A stretch of 64,000 nt of DNA. Origin: Ignavibacteriota bacterium (GTDB lineage: Bacteria; Bacteroidota; Ignavibacteria; UBA10030). Shown in pieces: positions 10,159-20,979 of this stretch. The position numbers were made by a program, and so were the translations under genes. The notes beneath the pieces were generated by a model, which saw nothing but the letters and a program-made list of their open reading frames with translations, did no database searches and was not told the DNA's origin. Positions within the stretch are counted from its first letter, which is position 1. Every line of letters starts with the position of its first letter. The stretch spans positions 12,579 to 76,578 of the forward strand of contig CAVYML010000009.1 in assembly GCA_963769605.1 (NCBI GenBank), given 5' to 3'.

Positions 10159-11094
10159 ATGTATATGCATTTTTTCTTCGGAACAAACAAACTTGTACAA
10201 GCTGTCGGCATAGCCGTTATTTTAACCTTATTGCTGCCTGCGATAAGTACGGCCTGTGCATGCGGATGCAATGTCTTCTCAGTCGGCTCGATGTGGATGA
10301 TGCCGTACTCATCCGGTCTCACAATGGCTCTGACATATAATTACATGGATCAGCGCACGGACTGGTCAGGCTGGAACAGCGCTGCAACAAATTTAAACAG
10401 CGATAAAGAAATCAGAACAAGCTTTTATACGCTCGGATTACAGTACATGGAAAGCCGGGATTGGGGCATGATGATAGAAATCCCTGTTTGGGACCGCTTC
10501 TTTACGACAGCAGATAATCTTGGCAACATTGCATCAGCTGAACATGTGTCCATAGCCGATATTCGAATCACTGGCATATACACAGGTCTCTCAGAAGATA
10601 TGTCGACTGGCATTCTCTTGGGCTTAAAACTGCCGACCGGACCTTTTAATCTTTCGCTTTTGGATAGGGATACTCAGATCGGAACGGGGACAACCGACTT
10701 GCTCGTCGGGGGCTATAAGATGGGACAAGAGAATGGATGGGGATGGTATACTCATGCGCAGTTGCAGGTTCCACTTGCCGCCCGTGACGGCTACCTGCCT
10801 GGCGATAACTTTGACTTTAGCATCGGAATGCATTATGATAATCTTGTGGAGATGTGCAGAATAGTACCTATGCTGCAACTTACAGCATCTTTCCGCAGCG
10901 CTGACAGCGGTTTAAACGCAGACCCCGATAACACAGGTTATAAACGGCTTTACATATCTCCCGGTGTTGAAGTAACGGTAAGCAGTCATCTAAGCATCTT
11001 CGGGAATGTGAAGACGCCTCTCATAACGCAAGTGAGAGGTTACCAGCTCGTCGCACCGCTGCTGTCCACAGTAATTTTGAGCTGCCGTTTTTAA
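10159..11094 (+). CDS. Outer-membrane beta-barrel protein (MetA-pathway/transporter-like family)
   Basis: Signal peptide, alternating beta-strand pattern and a C-terminal aromatic residue; N-terminal CACGC cysteine cluster; adjacent to the metal ABC transporter. Confidence 0.55.
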   Translation: MYMHFFFGTNKLVQAVGIAVILTLLLPAISTACACGCNVFSVGSMWMMPYSSGLTMALTYNYMDQRTDWSGWNSAATNLNSDKEIRTSFYTLGLQYMESRDWGMMIEIPVWDRFFTTADNLGNIASAEHVSIADIRITGIYTGLSEDMSTGILLGLKLPTGPFNLSLLDRDTQIGTGTTDLLVGGYKMGQENGWGWYTHAQLQVPLAARDGYLPGDNFDFSIGMHYDNLVEMCRIVPMLQLTASFRSADSGLNADPDNTGYKRLYISPGVEVTVSSHLSIFGNVKTPLITQVRGYQLVAPLLSTVILSCRF

Positions 11095-11158
11095 ATTTAC
11101 AGAACTGCCGCAAAGTATATCGATAATCGATATCTCGATTTGTGCATAACTTAATGAC

Positions 11159-11191
11159 AACCTTGTCAAGGTTACAAACCTTGACAAGGTT
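11159..11191. terminator. Perfect 15-bp-stem hairpin between convergent genes (bidirectional terminator candidate)
   Basis: AACCTTGTCAAGGTT-ACA-AACCTTGACAAGGTT read directly; each arm is itself near-palindromic. Confidence 0.6.
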
Positions 11192-11196
11192 TATAA

Positions 11197-11958
11197 TCAT
11201 TGAGCTACTCCCTCCTTCTTCTTCACCGCCGGAAATAAAAACGCTACAATCAATGCCAGCAAGGCATGAAAAAACACCAATGTATAGCCGGTAGGAAGAT
11301 CGAGGTTATAAGAAACTGCAATCGATAACAGATTCACCGCCGTTCCTACGATCCATGCTACAAGCAGGAGTTTCCATTTATTCAACCGGATGGCAATGAA
11401 CGCCGGAGCAACGAGGAGAGAAAAAACAATGAGCACGCCTGCCAGCCTTACGGAACTGGTGACCGTAGCTGCAAACGACACGAAGAAAAGAGTATCTTTC
11501 CAGAATCCCTTCATGCGCGGGTACACAAATACGAGAATCAATCCGAGCAGTGCATACACGATTGCAGTTTCTATGATGTCCGACCATGGCGTGAAGAGAA
11601 TATCCGAAGCCATGAGCTTGTCGAACATTTCCGTGCCGTGAGCGGATTTGGAGAGCACGATGAACACTCCCGATATACCGAACGCATAGAGCAATCCGAT
11701 AAACGCCTCATGCGAGGCGGTCCGTTTGGCTGCAAGCGCTATGAGCAGTCCGGCAAGAAGAGCAAACGTCAGTGAAACGGGATACAAATACTGACCATCC
11801 AGAAAAAGAATGGAACATGCCGCTCCCAGAGCGGACATCTGCCCTATGGCAAGGTCTGTAAAAATAATTCCCCTCCGGATAATCTCCAGTCCGAAGAAGG
11901 AGTGAATTCCGAGCAGCACCACGGAAAGAACGAATGCGGACAGGAGAATATCAGCCAT
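11197..11958 (-). CDS. znuB: Metal (Zn/Mn) ABC transporter permease, ABC-3/ZnuB family
   Basis: 253 aa with 8 TM helices and ABC-3 permease architecture; overlaps the substrate-binding gene by 8 bp. Confidence 0.8.
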   Translation of the reverse strand: MADILLSAFVLSVVLLGIHSFFGLEIIRRGIIFTDLAIGQMSALGAACSILFLDGQYLYPVSLTFALLAGLLIALAAKRTASHEAFIGLLYAFGISGVFIVLSKSAHGTEMFDKLMASDILFTPWSDIIETAIVYALLGLILVFVYPRMKGFWKDTLFFVSFAATVTSSVRLAGVLIVFSLLVAPAFIAIRLNKWKLLLVAWIVGTAVNLLSIAVSYNLDLPTGYTLVFFHALLALIVAFLFPAVKKKEGVAQ

Positions 11959-12856
11959 TGGTCAGTCTCCTCACGATCTCATCAAAAACACTGAATACAT
12001 TATCCGCTTCTTTCACCGCTCCGACATCATGCGGCAGAATCAGAAGTTTTACATTAAGTTTTTTCGACAGATAAAGCGCTGCGTCCTGCGGATTGTACAC
12101 ATCCTGCAAAATGAATTGCACTTTTTCCCGATCGATTAATTTTTCCACGTCGGCGATATGCTTTGTCGTGGGCGGAATTCCTGGAAGCGGCTCGATTGTG
12201 CCGGCGATAACAAAACCAAACCGGTCTAAGAAGTAATCGAAGATCTTGTGATACTCGACGACCTTGACGCCTTTGAACGGTTTTAATTGCTCTTCCCATG
12301 TTTTCATTTTCTGCTGCCAGAGAGTAAACAATTCCTTGTTGTTCTCTTCGTAGAACGTCTGATTATCCGGATCCAGTTCACTCAATCTTTCGGTTATGGC
12401 TTTTGCAACGATGGGAATATTATCAGGATCCATGAAAAAGTGCGGGTTCCCTTCCGGATGCACATCGCCGAGTTCTCGGGAAACGCTTGTCGGAACGTCG
12501 ATTAAATGCACGTGCATGGAGAGATCTAAAAATCCGCGCTCCCCGGGCTGTACGGCGCCGTTGTTTGCCTGTTTGATGATCTGCGGCAGCCATCCGATTT
12601 CCAGCTGCCCGCCGTTGATGATAAGGAGATCTGCTTTCCGCATTTTGGCAATGTACGACGGTTTTGGAATGATGATATGCGGATTATAATCTCCACGCGC
12701 AAGCGAGACGACTTCGATCCTGTCCTTGCCGATACGCTGGGCAATATCGCCGATATAGCCGTAGGTCGCAACGACCTGCAACTGACCGGAAAAACCGAGC
12801 TGCCCGAACAGCAGCATTAAAAATAAAAGTTTAATAGATTTCATAAAAGACTCCAT
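11951..12856 (-). CDS. znuA: Metal ABC transporter substrate-binding protein, ZnuA/TroA family
   Basis: Signal peptide and cluster-9 SBP fold with a His-rich metal site (HPHFFMDPDN, HVHLID); no ATPase gene in the operon. Confidence 0.8.
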   Translation of the reverse strand: MESFMKSIKLLFLMLLFGQLGFSGQLQVVATYGYIGDIAQRIGKDRIEVVSLARGDYNPHIIIPKPSYIAKMRKADLLIINGGQLEIGWLPQIIKQANNGAVQPGERGFLDLSMHVHLIDVPTSVSRELGDVHPEGNPHFFMDPDNIPIVAKAITERLSELDPDNQTFYEENNKELFTLWQQKMKTWEEQLKPFKGVKVVEYHKIFDYFLDRFGFVIAGTIEPLPGIPPTTKHIADVEKLIDREKVQFILQDVYNPQDAALYLSKKLNVKLLILPHDVGAVKEADNVFSVFDEIVRRLTNG

Positions 12857-13135
12857 ATTATTTACAATTCACATTTTTTCAGTTTTCTGTTTTCCATTTT
12901 CCATTTGCAATTTGAATTTTGCAATTCTTAGAACGCATGTGCGCCATGTGCGCCGATGGTCAGATTCGCCTGCAAAATAACTTGCATGTACGGCTGCTGC
13001 GACCATCCGCCGCCGGAAACCGGCACAGAGCGGCTCTCGTCCCTATCGAACTGAAGACGCAGCCGTGAAAATTCCGTAGGATTATATTCTATCATTGCAG
13101 AATAACGCGGAAGATTTGACGGCATAGATATATTT

Positions 13136-14782
13136 CCCGACTTGTACACAGACGGATAGTTAAGATAAAAACATGCGAAATTAGTTTGAAACGCGTAAAT
13201 TTAACATATGGTGTCATACTAAGGACTTCGTTAGAACATGTTTCATATCCGTACGACAAAAACTGGTTCCGGCGGCACAGCAGTGCAAATTATTCGGTAT
13301 CAAAACCGGAAGATGATCATCATCAAACATCTGGGTAGTACACATGATAAGAAAGATTTAAAAGCCTTAAAAGAAACAGCTACTCTCTGGATTGAGAAGA
13401 CGACCAAACAACAATCATTATTCTCCAACGAATCAGTTTCACCTACACTACAACTCAAGCAATGTCAGTATGTTGGATTTCGCTATGGTTTGATCTACGA
13501 AAGTCTTTATCAACTGTGCAAACTATTTAAATTTCATCGGTTGCGAAACAAGCTCTTGGTAGATTTAGTTATTGCACGCATTATTGAGCCAGGTTCAAAG
13601 ACACAGTCAATAGAATTTCTCAAAGAGTTCATGGGAATAGAACATAAACGTCAGGAACTCTATCGGCAAATTCCAAGGTTTCTGGGTGTGAAAGATACAG
13701 TAGAATCTAAAGTACTGGCGGTTGCTGAAAAAGAATTTGCTTTTACCTTTTCCCTCATCTTTTATGATGTAACTACTTTATACTTTGAGAGTTTTGAATC
13801 AGATGATTTACGCCAATGCGGATTCTCCAAAGATAACAAATTCAATCAACCGCAAATAGTCCTTGGACTTTTAGTGACTATTGATGGTTTTCCAGTAGGG
13901 TATCAAATATTTGAAGGCAATAAATTTGAAGGACACACGTTAATTCCTGTTATTGTGGAATTTAAGCACAAACACAAGGTTGAAAATTTCACTGTGGTTG
14001 CTGACGCTGCTATGATAAGTGATAAAAATATTACCGCACTTGCCTCTGCTCATCTTCAGTACATTGTCGGAGCCAGAATAGCAAATTTGCCACTCAAGCG
14101 TATTGCGGAGATCAGCGCTCAACTTTATCAACGCGATGGCGCAACAATGCGTATGGCAACGGAGCTTGGTGATTTGATCTGTGAATTTTCTGCAAAACGA
14201 TTTGCAAAAGATAAACGAGAGCTGGAAAAACAAATTATTAAAGCTCAGGAGCTTCTCGATAATCCAGGTAGCATCAAAAAAGTAAAATTCATTACCTCCA
14301 AAGATCAAACATATACACTTCATACTGCATTAATAGAGAAGACCAAACTACTACTTGGCATCAAAGGCTATTACACAAATCTGCCGAAGTCGGAAGTCAG
14401 TGATAACATTGTCATTGAGCATTATCATAATCTCTGGCATGTAGAGCAGGCATTTCGCATTGCAAAAAGTGATTTGCAAATGCGTCCCATCTACCACTTT
14501 AAACAAAAGACTATTAAAGCTCATATTCTCATTTGCTTCATGGCATTAGCAATTTGTAAATATATGGAGTTAAAAACGGGAAGATCGACCAAGTCTATTG
14601 TAAAATTATTGAAAGGCGTTACAGATGCTATAATGGTTAATACCCTCACAGGCGAAGAATTTACTCTACGCTCTATACTCATCGATGATGTCAAACAACT
14701 CTTGATAAAAATGGCTCTGTTGCTTTGATTTGGCCGTATTATTTCCCCTCACACGCTTGTCATACTAATTTGGACAAGTCAG
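13136..14782 (+). mobile_element. IS1634-family (IS4-like) insertion sequence, about 1.65 kb, with 18-bp target-site duplication
   Basis: Direct repeat GACGGCATAGATATATTT at 13118..13135 and 14783..14800. Terminal inverted repeats CCGACTTGTACACA (left) and TTTGGACAAGTCAG (right). Confidence 0.8.
13238..14728 (+). CDS. IS1634/IS4-family DDE transposase
   Basis: 496 aa; C-terminal motif HNLWHVEQAFRIAKSDLQMRPIYH is the Y-x2-R-x3-E-x6-K signature of IS4-type transposases; intact ORF. Confidence 0.85.
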   Translation: MFHIRTTKTGSGGTAVQIIRYQNRKMIIIKHLGSTHDKKDLKALKETATLWIEKTTKQQSLFSNESVSPTLQLKQCQYVGFRYGLIYESLYQLCKLFKFHRLRNKLLVDLVIARIIEPGSKTQSIEFLKEFMGIEHKRQELYRQIPRFLGVKDTVESKVLAVAEKEFAFTFSLIFYDVTTLYFESFESDDLRQCGFSKDNKFNQPQIVLGLLVTIDGFPVGYQIFEGNKFEGHTLIPVIVEFKHKHKVENFTVVADAAMISDKNITALASAHLQYIVGARIANLPLKRIAEISAQLYQRDGATMRMATELGDLICEFSAKRFAKDKRELEKQIIKAQELLDNPGSIKKVKFITSKDQTYTLHTALIEKTKLLLGIKGYYTNLPKSEVSDNIVIEHYHNLWHVEQAFRIAKSDLQMRPIYHFKQKTIKAHILICFMALAICKYMELKTGRSTKSIVKLLKGVTDAIMVNTLTGEEFTLRSILIDDVKQLLIKMALLL

Positions 14783-16014
14783 GACGGCATAGATATATTT
14801 TTACCGCCAAGCGAGATGTCGTTCTGCATCAGCAGGTCGTACCGCACGCCGATTTCCCAGAGCTGGTCGAGTTTGAAAACAAGCTGTGCATAAAAACCGG
14901 AATTATGTTTATCCAGACTTTGAAGTGAATCGCCGCCGAATGATTCGTGCCTGTATTCCGTTCCATTCATGACACGATACATATATTCACTTTGAAATCC
15001 GATATATCGAATGGCATCGAGAGTGTACTTGATGGTAAGGTCTGCACCTGCAATATCCGTATTTGCAGCAACTGCGTTTCCAGTATCCCCTAAAGCAGAG
15101 AATCCCGGATCGGCGTTTCTTGTCGTTCCCATGGCATTGGAGATCCCAAACAAGATCGATGCGTCTTCGATATCGAATGATGTACGAACGAATCCGATAT
15201 AAAGATTCGGCCCCTGAACCGGGCTGACGGAAATAATGTTTTTCGGATCGCTGAATCCAGCAGTACCGAAGCTTTGCTGATTTTCGCCGTTTAAAACTTC
15301 CCCGCCGAGTACGAGAAAAAACGGTGTCGGTGCGACCCATGTGGCCTGTGCGCCGATTTCATTCAATCCATCCTCGCCGAATAATGCCATTGAAATGAGC
15401 GGCTGGTTGGCAAAGTCCCAATAATGTTCATGCTGCTCATTGACCCTGCCGAAGCTTGCAAGAAATTTTCCCGCCTTTATTTTAAAACCGTACGGCAATT
15501 TCCTCGTTGAAAAATAGGCCTCTTCCAGACCGGCGCCGTCGGGAGCAAGATCGATAACGGCAAAAAGATCGAAATACGGATCGACAACGGAATAGAGCGA
15601 CATTTCACCGTAGTTGAAATTCAATCCGCGCTGTGCGTTCAATCCGGAAGAACTCGGCTGGTTCAGGAAGGGATAGCTGAAACCTGGAATTGTCAGAGAA
15701 TAATATTTTTCATTTGCCATATCCCGTGCTACGCCGGAAACATCGAGGATGAGCGCAATATCCGGAACATATTTGGACTGATCGAATGCCGATCCTTCTC
15801 TCGATTGTGCCCGTAGTAAACCGGCGGACCAAACGAATAAGAGCAATAATGCAGGAATGCATGTTTTTTGCAGTTTCATAGAAACTCCTCAAAATTTTAA
15901 TAATGACGCCATTGACAACAGTAAAATTATCGGCGTTTGTGATACGATATTGCCGGATCCGAGTCCCACTGCTTTAAAAACAGCGGACGGAACCGGAAGA
16001 TTCCATTCTTGAGG

Positions 16015-16320
16015 TCACGAAAATTGAGGAGGAGCATGCGAAGCGAAAACACGCGTATGGAATGGATGACAAACTCTTTCCGGAAGTGAGACAAAGGCAA
16101 GAAGGACGGGTTCGCGATAGAGAGAGGAACCAGCCGCCGTCTGAATTGAAGGGGCGTAATTGGAAAGCTGGAACGTGCAAATTGTGCAATTGTCCGAATT
16201 TCCGCAATCATGATGATTGTGAAAAGCACTGACAGAAATGCTTGCCAGAAGCAACAAGAGCATCAGCGCCGGAACCGCCTTGAACAGCACACGGCGTTTT
16301 TTTATCAGCATTAGTTTCAT
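16015..16320 (-). CDS. Small secreted His/Cys-rich protein (DUF2946-like; FHNHHDCG...CTIC motif)
   Basis: Start MKLMLIKKRR at 16320 and a signal peptide; paralogous in architecture to 23489..23848. Both sit upstream of an outer-membrane channel gene and downstream of a decamer-repeat array. Confidence 0.5.
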   Translation of the reverse strand: MKLMLIKKRRVLFKAVPALMLLLLLASISVSAFHNHHDCGNSDNCTICTFQLSNYAPSIQTAAGSSLYREPVLLAFVSLPERVCHPFHTRVFASHAPPQFS

Positions 16321-16378
16321 TCCGTCTTTATAATAACGAATATAGCGTTGATTATCAAACACGCAATCAGTTAAGTTC

Positions 16379-16537
16379 CCAATCTGCGTAATCCAAGCAA
16401 TCATCTGCGAAATCTCCTATCTGCGTTCAATCTGCAGCCGGAGGCCTCAGAATGTCATCCCGTGTTAACGGGATTCAACATTTTAAATCATAACCTGTCT
16501 AATCAATCTGCGCCCAATCTGTGGAATCTGAGAAATC
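16379..16537. repeat. Degenerate decamer tandem-repeat array (AATCTGCGTA-like units), locus 1
   Basis: aatctgcgtaatccaagcaatcatctgcgaaatctcctatctgcgttcaatctgcag ... aatcaatctgcgcccaatctgtggaatctgagaaatc. Lies between divergent promoters of the small His/Cys gene (minus) and the fluoride-riboswitch operon (plus). Confidence 0.7.
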
Positions 16538-16569
16538 ATTGATAATGTTCAATGATTTGATTAACTTAA

Positions 16570-16632
16570 ATGAGGCGATGGAGTTCGCCTTAAAATATCC
16601 CGAAGGTTCATCGGGATTGATGACTCCTGCAT
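16570..16632 (+). promoter_or_regulatory. Fluoride riboswitch (crcB RNA motif)
   Basis: GAGGCGAUGGAGUUCGCC...AUCCCGAAGGUUCAUCGGGAU...UGAUGACUCCUGC matches the conserved aptamer elements, including the GGAGU/ACUCC pseudoknot; followed by a stem plus U-run and the crcB RBS. Confidence 0.85.
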
Positions 16633-16683
16633 CGAAGCGAATTGCTTGCGAGGTAGGGGTTTTTCGTTTTATGAGAGGATGAA

Positions 16684-17061
16684 ATGGTTCGCAATTATTT
16701 ATATGTGTTTTTCGGCGGCGGTTTAGGTTCTTCCCTCAGATATTGGCTGTCAGGCGTAATACCGCGCTACACGGGAAGCCAGTTCCCATACGGAATTTTG
16801 ATCGTCAATATCATTGGATGCTTCTTTATCGGATTTCTTATGTCGGCCTTGGAAGAACGATTTCTAATGAATTCTTCACTTCGTGTTTTACTTACAATCG
16901 GCATTATCGGCGGTTTTACAACCTTCTCGACATTCAGTTATGAAACCCTCGCAATGATGCGGGACAGCGAATTTTTAAAAGCTTCCCTCTACGTCGGGCT
17001 TTCTCTTACACTTGGTCTGGGCGGCACATATCTTGGTTCACTTATGGGCAAACTCATTTAA
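16684..17061 (+). CDS. crcB: Fluoride ion channel CrcB/FluC
   Basis: 125 aa with four TM helices and the GFTTFSTFS motif; immediately downstream of the fluoride riboswitch. Confidence 0.9.
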   Translation: MVRNYLYVFFGGGLGSSLRYWLSGVIPRYTGSQFPYGILIVNIIGCFFIGFLMSALEERFLMNSSLRVLLTIGIIGGFTTFSTFSYETLAMMRDSEFLKASLYVGLSLTLGLGGTYLGSLMGKLI

Positions 17062-17077
17062 CCGGAAAAGGTGATCG

Positions 17078-17428
17078 ATGAAACTTTCAGGCGACGGTAA
17101 ACTCTTGCGCATCTTTATCGGTGAATCGGATAAATTTCACCATCAAGCGCTCTTCGAATCCATCATATACGCAGCCAAGGAAAAAAAATTAGCCGGCTGT
17201 ACGGTCTTGCGCGGGATCGAAGGCTATGGCGCCGACAGCCATGTCATACATACGGCAAAAATTTTGAGATTATCCGAAGATCTTCCCATCGTGATCGAAC
17301 TCGTCGACACAGAGGAGAAAATCAGGGCATTCCTGCCTGACATAGAACAAATGATTGAAGCATCGGGCTGCGGAGCGATGATAACACTTGAAAAAGCGGA
17401 AATAATCCGATACAGTCATGGAAAATGA
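17078..17428 (+). CDS. DUF190 domain protein (fluoride-riboswitch associated)
   Basis: 116 aa; DUF190 classically co-occurs with crcB under fluoride riboswitches. Confidence 0.7.
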   Translation: MKLSGDGKLLRIFIGESDKFHHQALFESIIYAAKEKKLAGCTVLRGIEGYGADSHVIHTAKILRLSEDLPIVIELVDTEEKIRAFLPDIEQMIEASGCGAMITLEKAEIIRYSHGK

Positions 17429-17512
17429 TTGCGGACTTGAATATGTCGGTAAAACGAAACAATCCGGCACGGTGTGTGGATGCCAATGAACCCTGCTACG
17501 GAATAACGTTAA

Positions 17513-18832
<1,320 letters not shown>

Positions 18833-19023
18833 CGCTCGATGAGCGGATTGCAAAGATTTGGTGCAGATAATAAATTCCGCATTGAAAGAACAATCTGAGC
18901 AGTTGCCCTATGCAGGTGCATTGTGTTTTATATTTCGATAACGATCGGAGCGGCCTTTGGATTTATCGCTTCGCTCATGGCATTTGTAATAACATGGAAT
19001 GAATGAGAAAAGCATTAATTTGA

Positions 19024-19080
19024 AAACCAGCGGCTTTGGCGCGAATCTCTTCAAGCGGCTGGTTTTACTTTTCTGTTTTT
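19024..19080 (+). terminator. Rho-independent terminator candidate downstream of eno
   Basis: AACCAGCGGCTT...AAGCGGCTGGTT stem with one mismatch, followed by TTTTACTTTTCTGTTTTTTC. Confidence 0.5.
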
Positions 19081-19227
19081 TCTCTTATTGTCGATGCTGA
19101 TCGGCTATATCATTGCACGATATGGTATAAAATAATATCTCACGAAGAAAAATCAGGATTCTCAAAGGAAAGCAGTAAGCATTTATACTTGCTGCTTTCC
19201 AGCATCCATATTATCTGTGTTCCATCA

Positions 19228-19283
19228 GTGAAATCTGTGTAATCAACTATCTGCGTTTAATCTGCGTAATCTGCGCAATCATC
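19228..19283. repeat. Decamer tandem-repeat array, locus 2 (upstream of zupT)
   Basis: gtgaaatctgtgtaatcaactatctgcgtttaatctgcgtaatctgcgcaatcatc. Confidence 0.7.
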
Positions 19284-19360
19284 ATTGCAGCTGCTTGAAG
19301 AGATACGGAAAAATGCTTACTGTTTAGTACCAATGAAATTGTGAATAAAGGAGATCTCTC

Positions 19361-20080
19361 ATGATTGTAATGAGTATTGGTGCAGCTGCGTTTATCGCAA
19401 CTTTTCTCGGAGGATTATTTGCGCTCAAGTTTAAAGACAAGCTGCACCTCATCACGGGATTCAGTGCGGGTGCAATCATCGGCGTTGCGTTCTTCGATCT
19501 TCTTCCAGAAGCTGTTACCCTAAAAAATGAACATCAAGGAATTTCAACGATATCGCTCATGATCGGTATCGGGTTTATCGTCTATATGATTTTAGAGCGA
19601 GCGATTGTTGTGCATTCGTCTCATGAAAGCGGCTGTGAAAATTCCAGACATCGCGGTATTCTTGGTGCGGGCAGCCTCTCAATCCATAGTTTTCTGGACG
19701 GAGTGATTATCGGCCTTGCGTTCCAAATTTCCAATTCAGTCGGAACAATCGTAACGGTGGCGGTTCTTACCCACGATTTCTCCGACGGCATCAATACAGT
19801 AACAATGATTGTGCGAAGCAAAGGAGAACGCAGACAAGCGTTGCGTTGGCTGATTGCAGATGCGTTCGCACCGGTTCTTGGAATTTGCACGACATTCTTC
19901 TATTCTATCCCAAAAGAAGCACTAAGCATCGTCCTAAGCGTTTTCTGCGGATGTTTTATTTATATCGGGGCAAGTGATCTTCTCCCTGAAAGTCATCACG
20001 CCCATCCCAAGACTTTCACAACCTTCATGACGCTTCTTGGTATGGCAACACTCTATGCTGTTATACAAATTGCGGGGTGA
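19361..20080 (+). CDS. zupT: ZIP family metal (Zn/Fe) transporter
   Basis: 239 aa with 8 TM helices and HSxxDG/HDFSDG metal-binding motifs typical of ZupT. Confidence 0.85.
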   Translation: MIVMSIGAAAFIATFLGGLFALKFKDKLHLITGFSAGAIIGVAFFDLLPEAVTLKNEHQGISTISLMIGIGFIVYMILERAIVVHSSHESGCENSRHRGILGAGSLSIHSFLDGVIIGLAFQISNSVGTIVTVAVLTHDFSDGINTVTMIVRSKGERRQALRWLIADAFAPVLGICTTFFYSIPKEALSIVLSVFCGCFIYIGASDLLPESHHAHPKTFTTFMTLLGMATLYAVIQIAG

Positions 20081-20124
20081 GTGGATTGCTGGAAGTACTG
20101 GGGGAAAGTGATAAAAGATGAAGG

Positions 20125-20673
20125 TTAACTGTCCGCAATTATGCCTTCACCCTCTTGTGAGGTATCATGTTTGCAAACGACATCTTCAGGCCACAGCAAT
20201 TGCTTGCCGCTTGCTCTCATCTCATTCATGGTTGACCACATAAACCAGAACGCTATGCCGATACTGATCAAAGAATCAAATTCAGGTCTCCCCGTCATCC
20301 CGACAAGGATACTCGCAAGAACCGGTACTAAAGACACGTACGTATCGCCAAGGTTGTGAATGTACGCCAGCCGAATTGCTGCATTCTGTCTGCGAACATT
20401 CTTTAACGATTGCGCAACAAACCAGTTTCCTAACGCTGCAAGCAGTCCGACAATGGCCGGGGATAGTGCAAGAATCGGAACCGGATAAAAAAAGCGATGG
20501 ATTGCTTGAACAATAAGGATCGCACTTATGAAAATCAATCCGACAGAATTCAGAAGATTGGCAAATCTTTGAAGATTTTTAGAAAGCTTTGCCGCGAGCG
20601 TATAGACAAGATATAGGCACACAAGGGCGAGTTCATCTGAAAGATTGTGAATGCCATCCATAATCAGGCTCAT
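20125..20673 (-). CDS. Cation diffusion facilitator (CDF) family transporter, apparently lacking a canonical start and C-terminal cytoplasmic domain
   Basis: MDGIHNLSDE is the TM2 HxxxD motif. The in-frame upstream extension to about 20850 encodes a CDF TM1 (AHVRKSLAIASSLNSIIFVGEGIAGFKTGS) but contains no ATG/GTG/TTG. A G6 run lies at 20783..20788. Confidence 0.6.
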   Translation of the reverse strand: MSLIMDGIHNLSDELALVCLYLVYTLAAKLSKNLQRFANLLNSVGLIFISAILIVQAIHRFFYPVPILALSPAIVGLLAALGNWFVAQSLKNVRRQNAAIRLAYIHNLGDTYVSLVPVLASILVGMTGRPEFDSLISIGIAFWFMWSTMNEMRASGKQLLWPEDVVCKHDTSQEGEGIIADS

Positions 20674-20893
20674 GCTCCCTGTTTTGAACCCGGCTATTCC
20701 TTCACCGACAAAGATTATGGAGTTTAAGCTTGATGCAATCGCAAGCGACTTGCGAACGTGCGCTATGATTATTTCTAAATTTGGGGGGAGTGAACGATCA
20801 AGCTCACTCCCCAGGTATTCATCAAAAATATTTCGTAATTGCTCAGTGCATTATGAAACAATTGTTTTTTACTGGTTTTCAATCCCCCTTTTT

Positions 20894-20915
20894 CCCCCTT
20901 TTAAACAAAAGGGGG
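20894..20915. terminator. Stem-loop CCCCCTTTT-AAAC-AAAAGGGGG downstream of the TonB-dependent receptor gene
   Basis: Perfect 9-bp stem read directly. Confidence 0.45.
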
Positions 20916-20979
20916 AGACTCTGTAAGAGAGGGGGATTTTTAATCTTTTAAATATCACGTTGAGTAATTACAATATTTC

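Larger units (their letters stand above)
12928..15879 (-). pseudogene. Outer-membrane beta-barrel/porin-like gene interrupted by IS insertion (N-terminal fragment 14783..15879, C-terminal fragment 12928..13135)
   Basis: The N-terminal fragment ends ...GGKNISMPS and its stop codon is supplied by the IS end. The C-terminal fragment resumes ...GNISMPSNLPRYS... and ends GAHGAHAF. The duplicated NISMPS corresponds to the 18-bp target-site duplication. Confidence 0.75.

Noticed and set aside
16321-16404. N-terminal extension of listed ORF 16015..16404 (MIAWITQIGNLTDC...)
   Set aside because: It is encoded by the decamer-repeat array itself; the signal-peptide start MKLMLIKKRR at 16320 is the plausible start.
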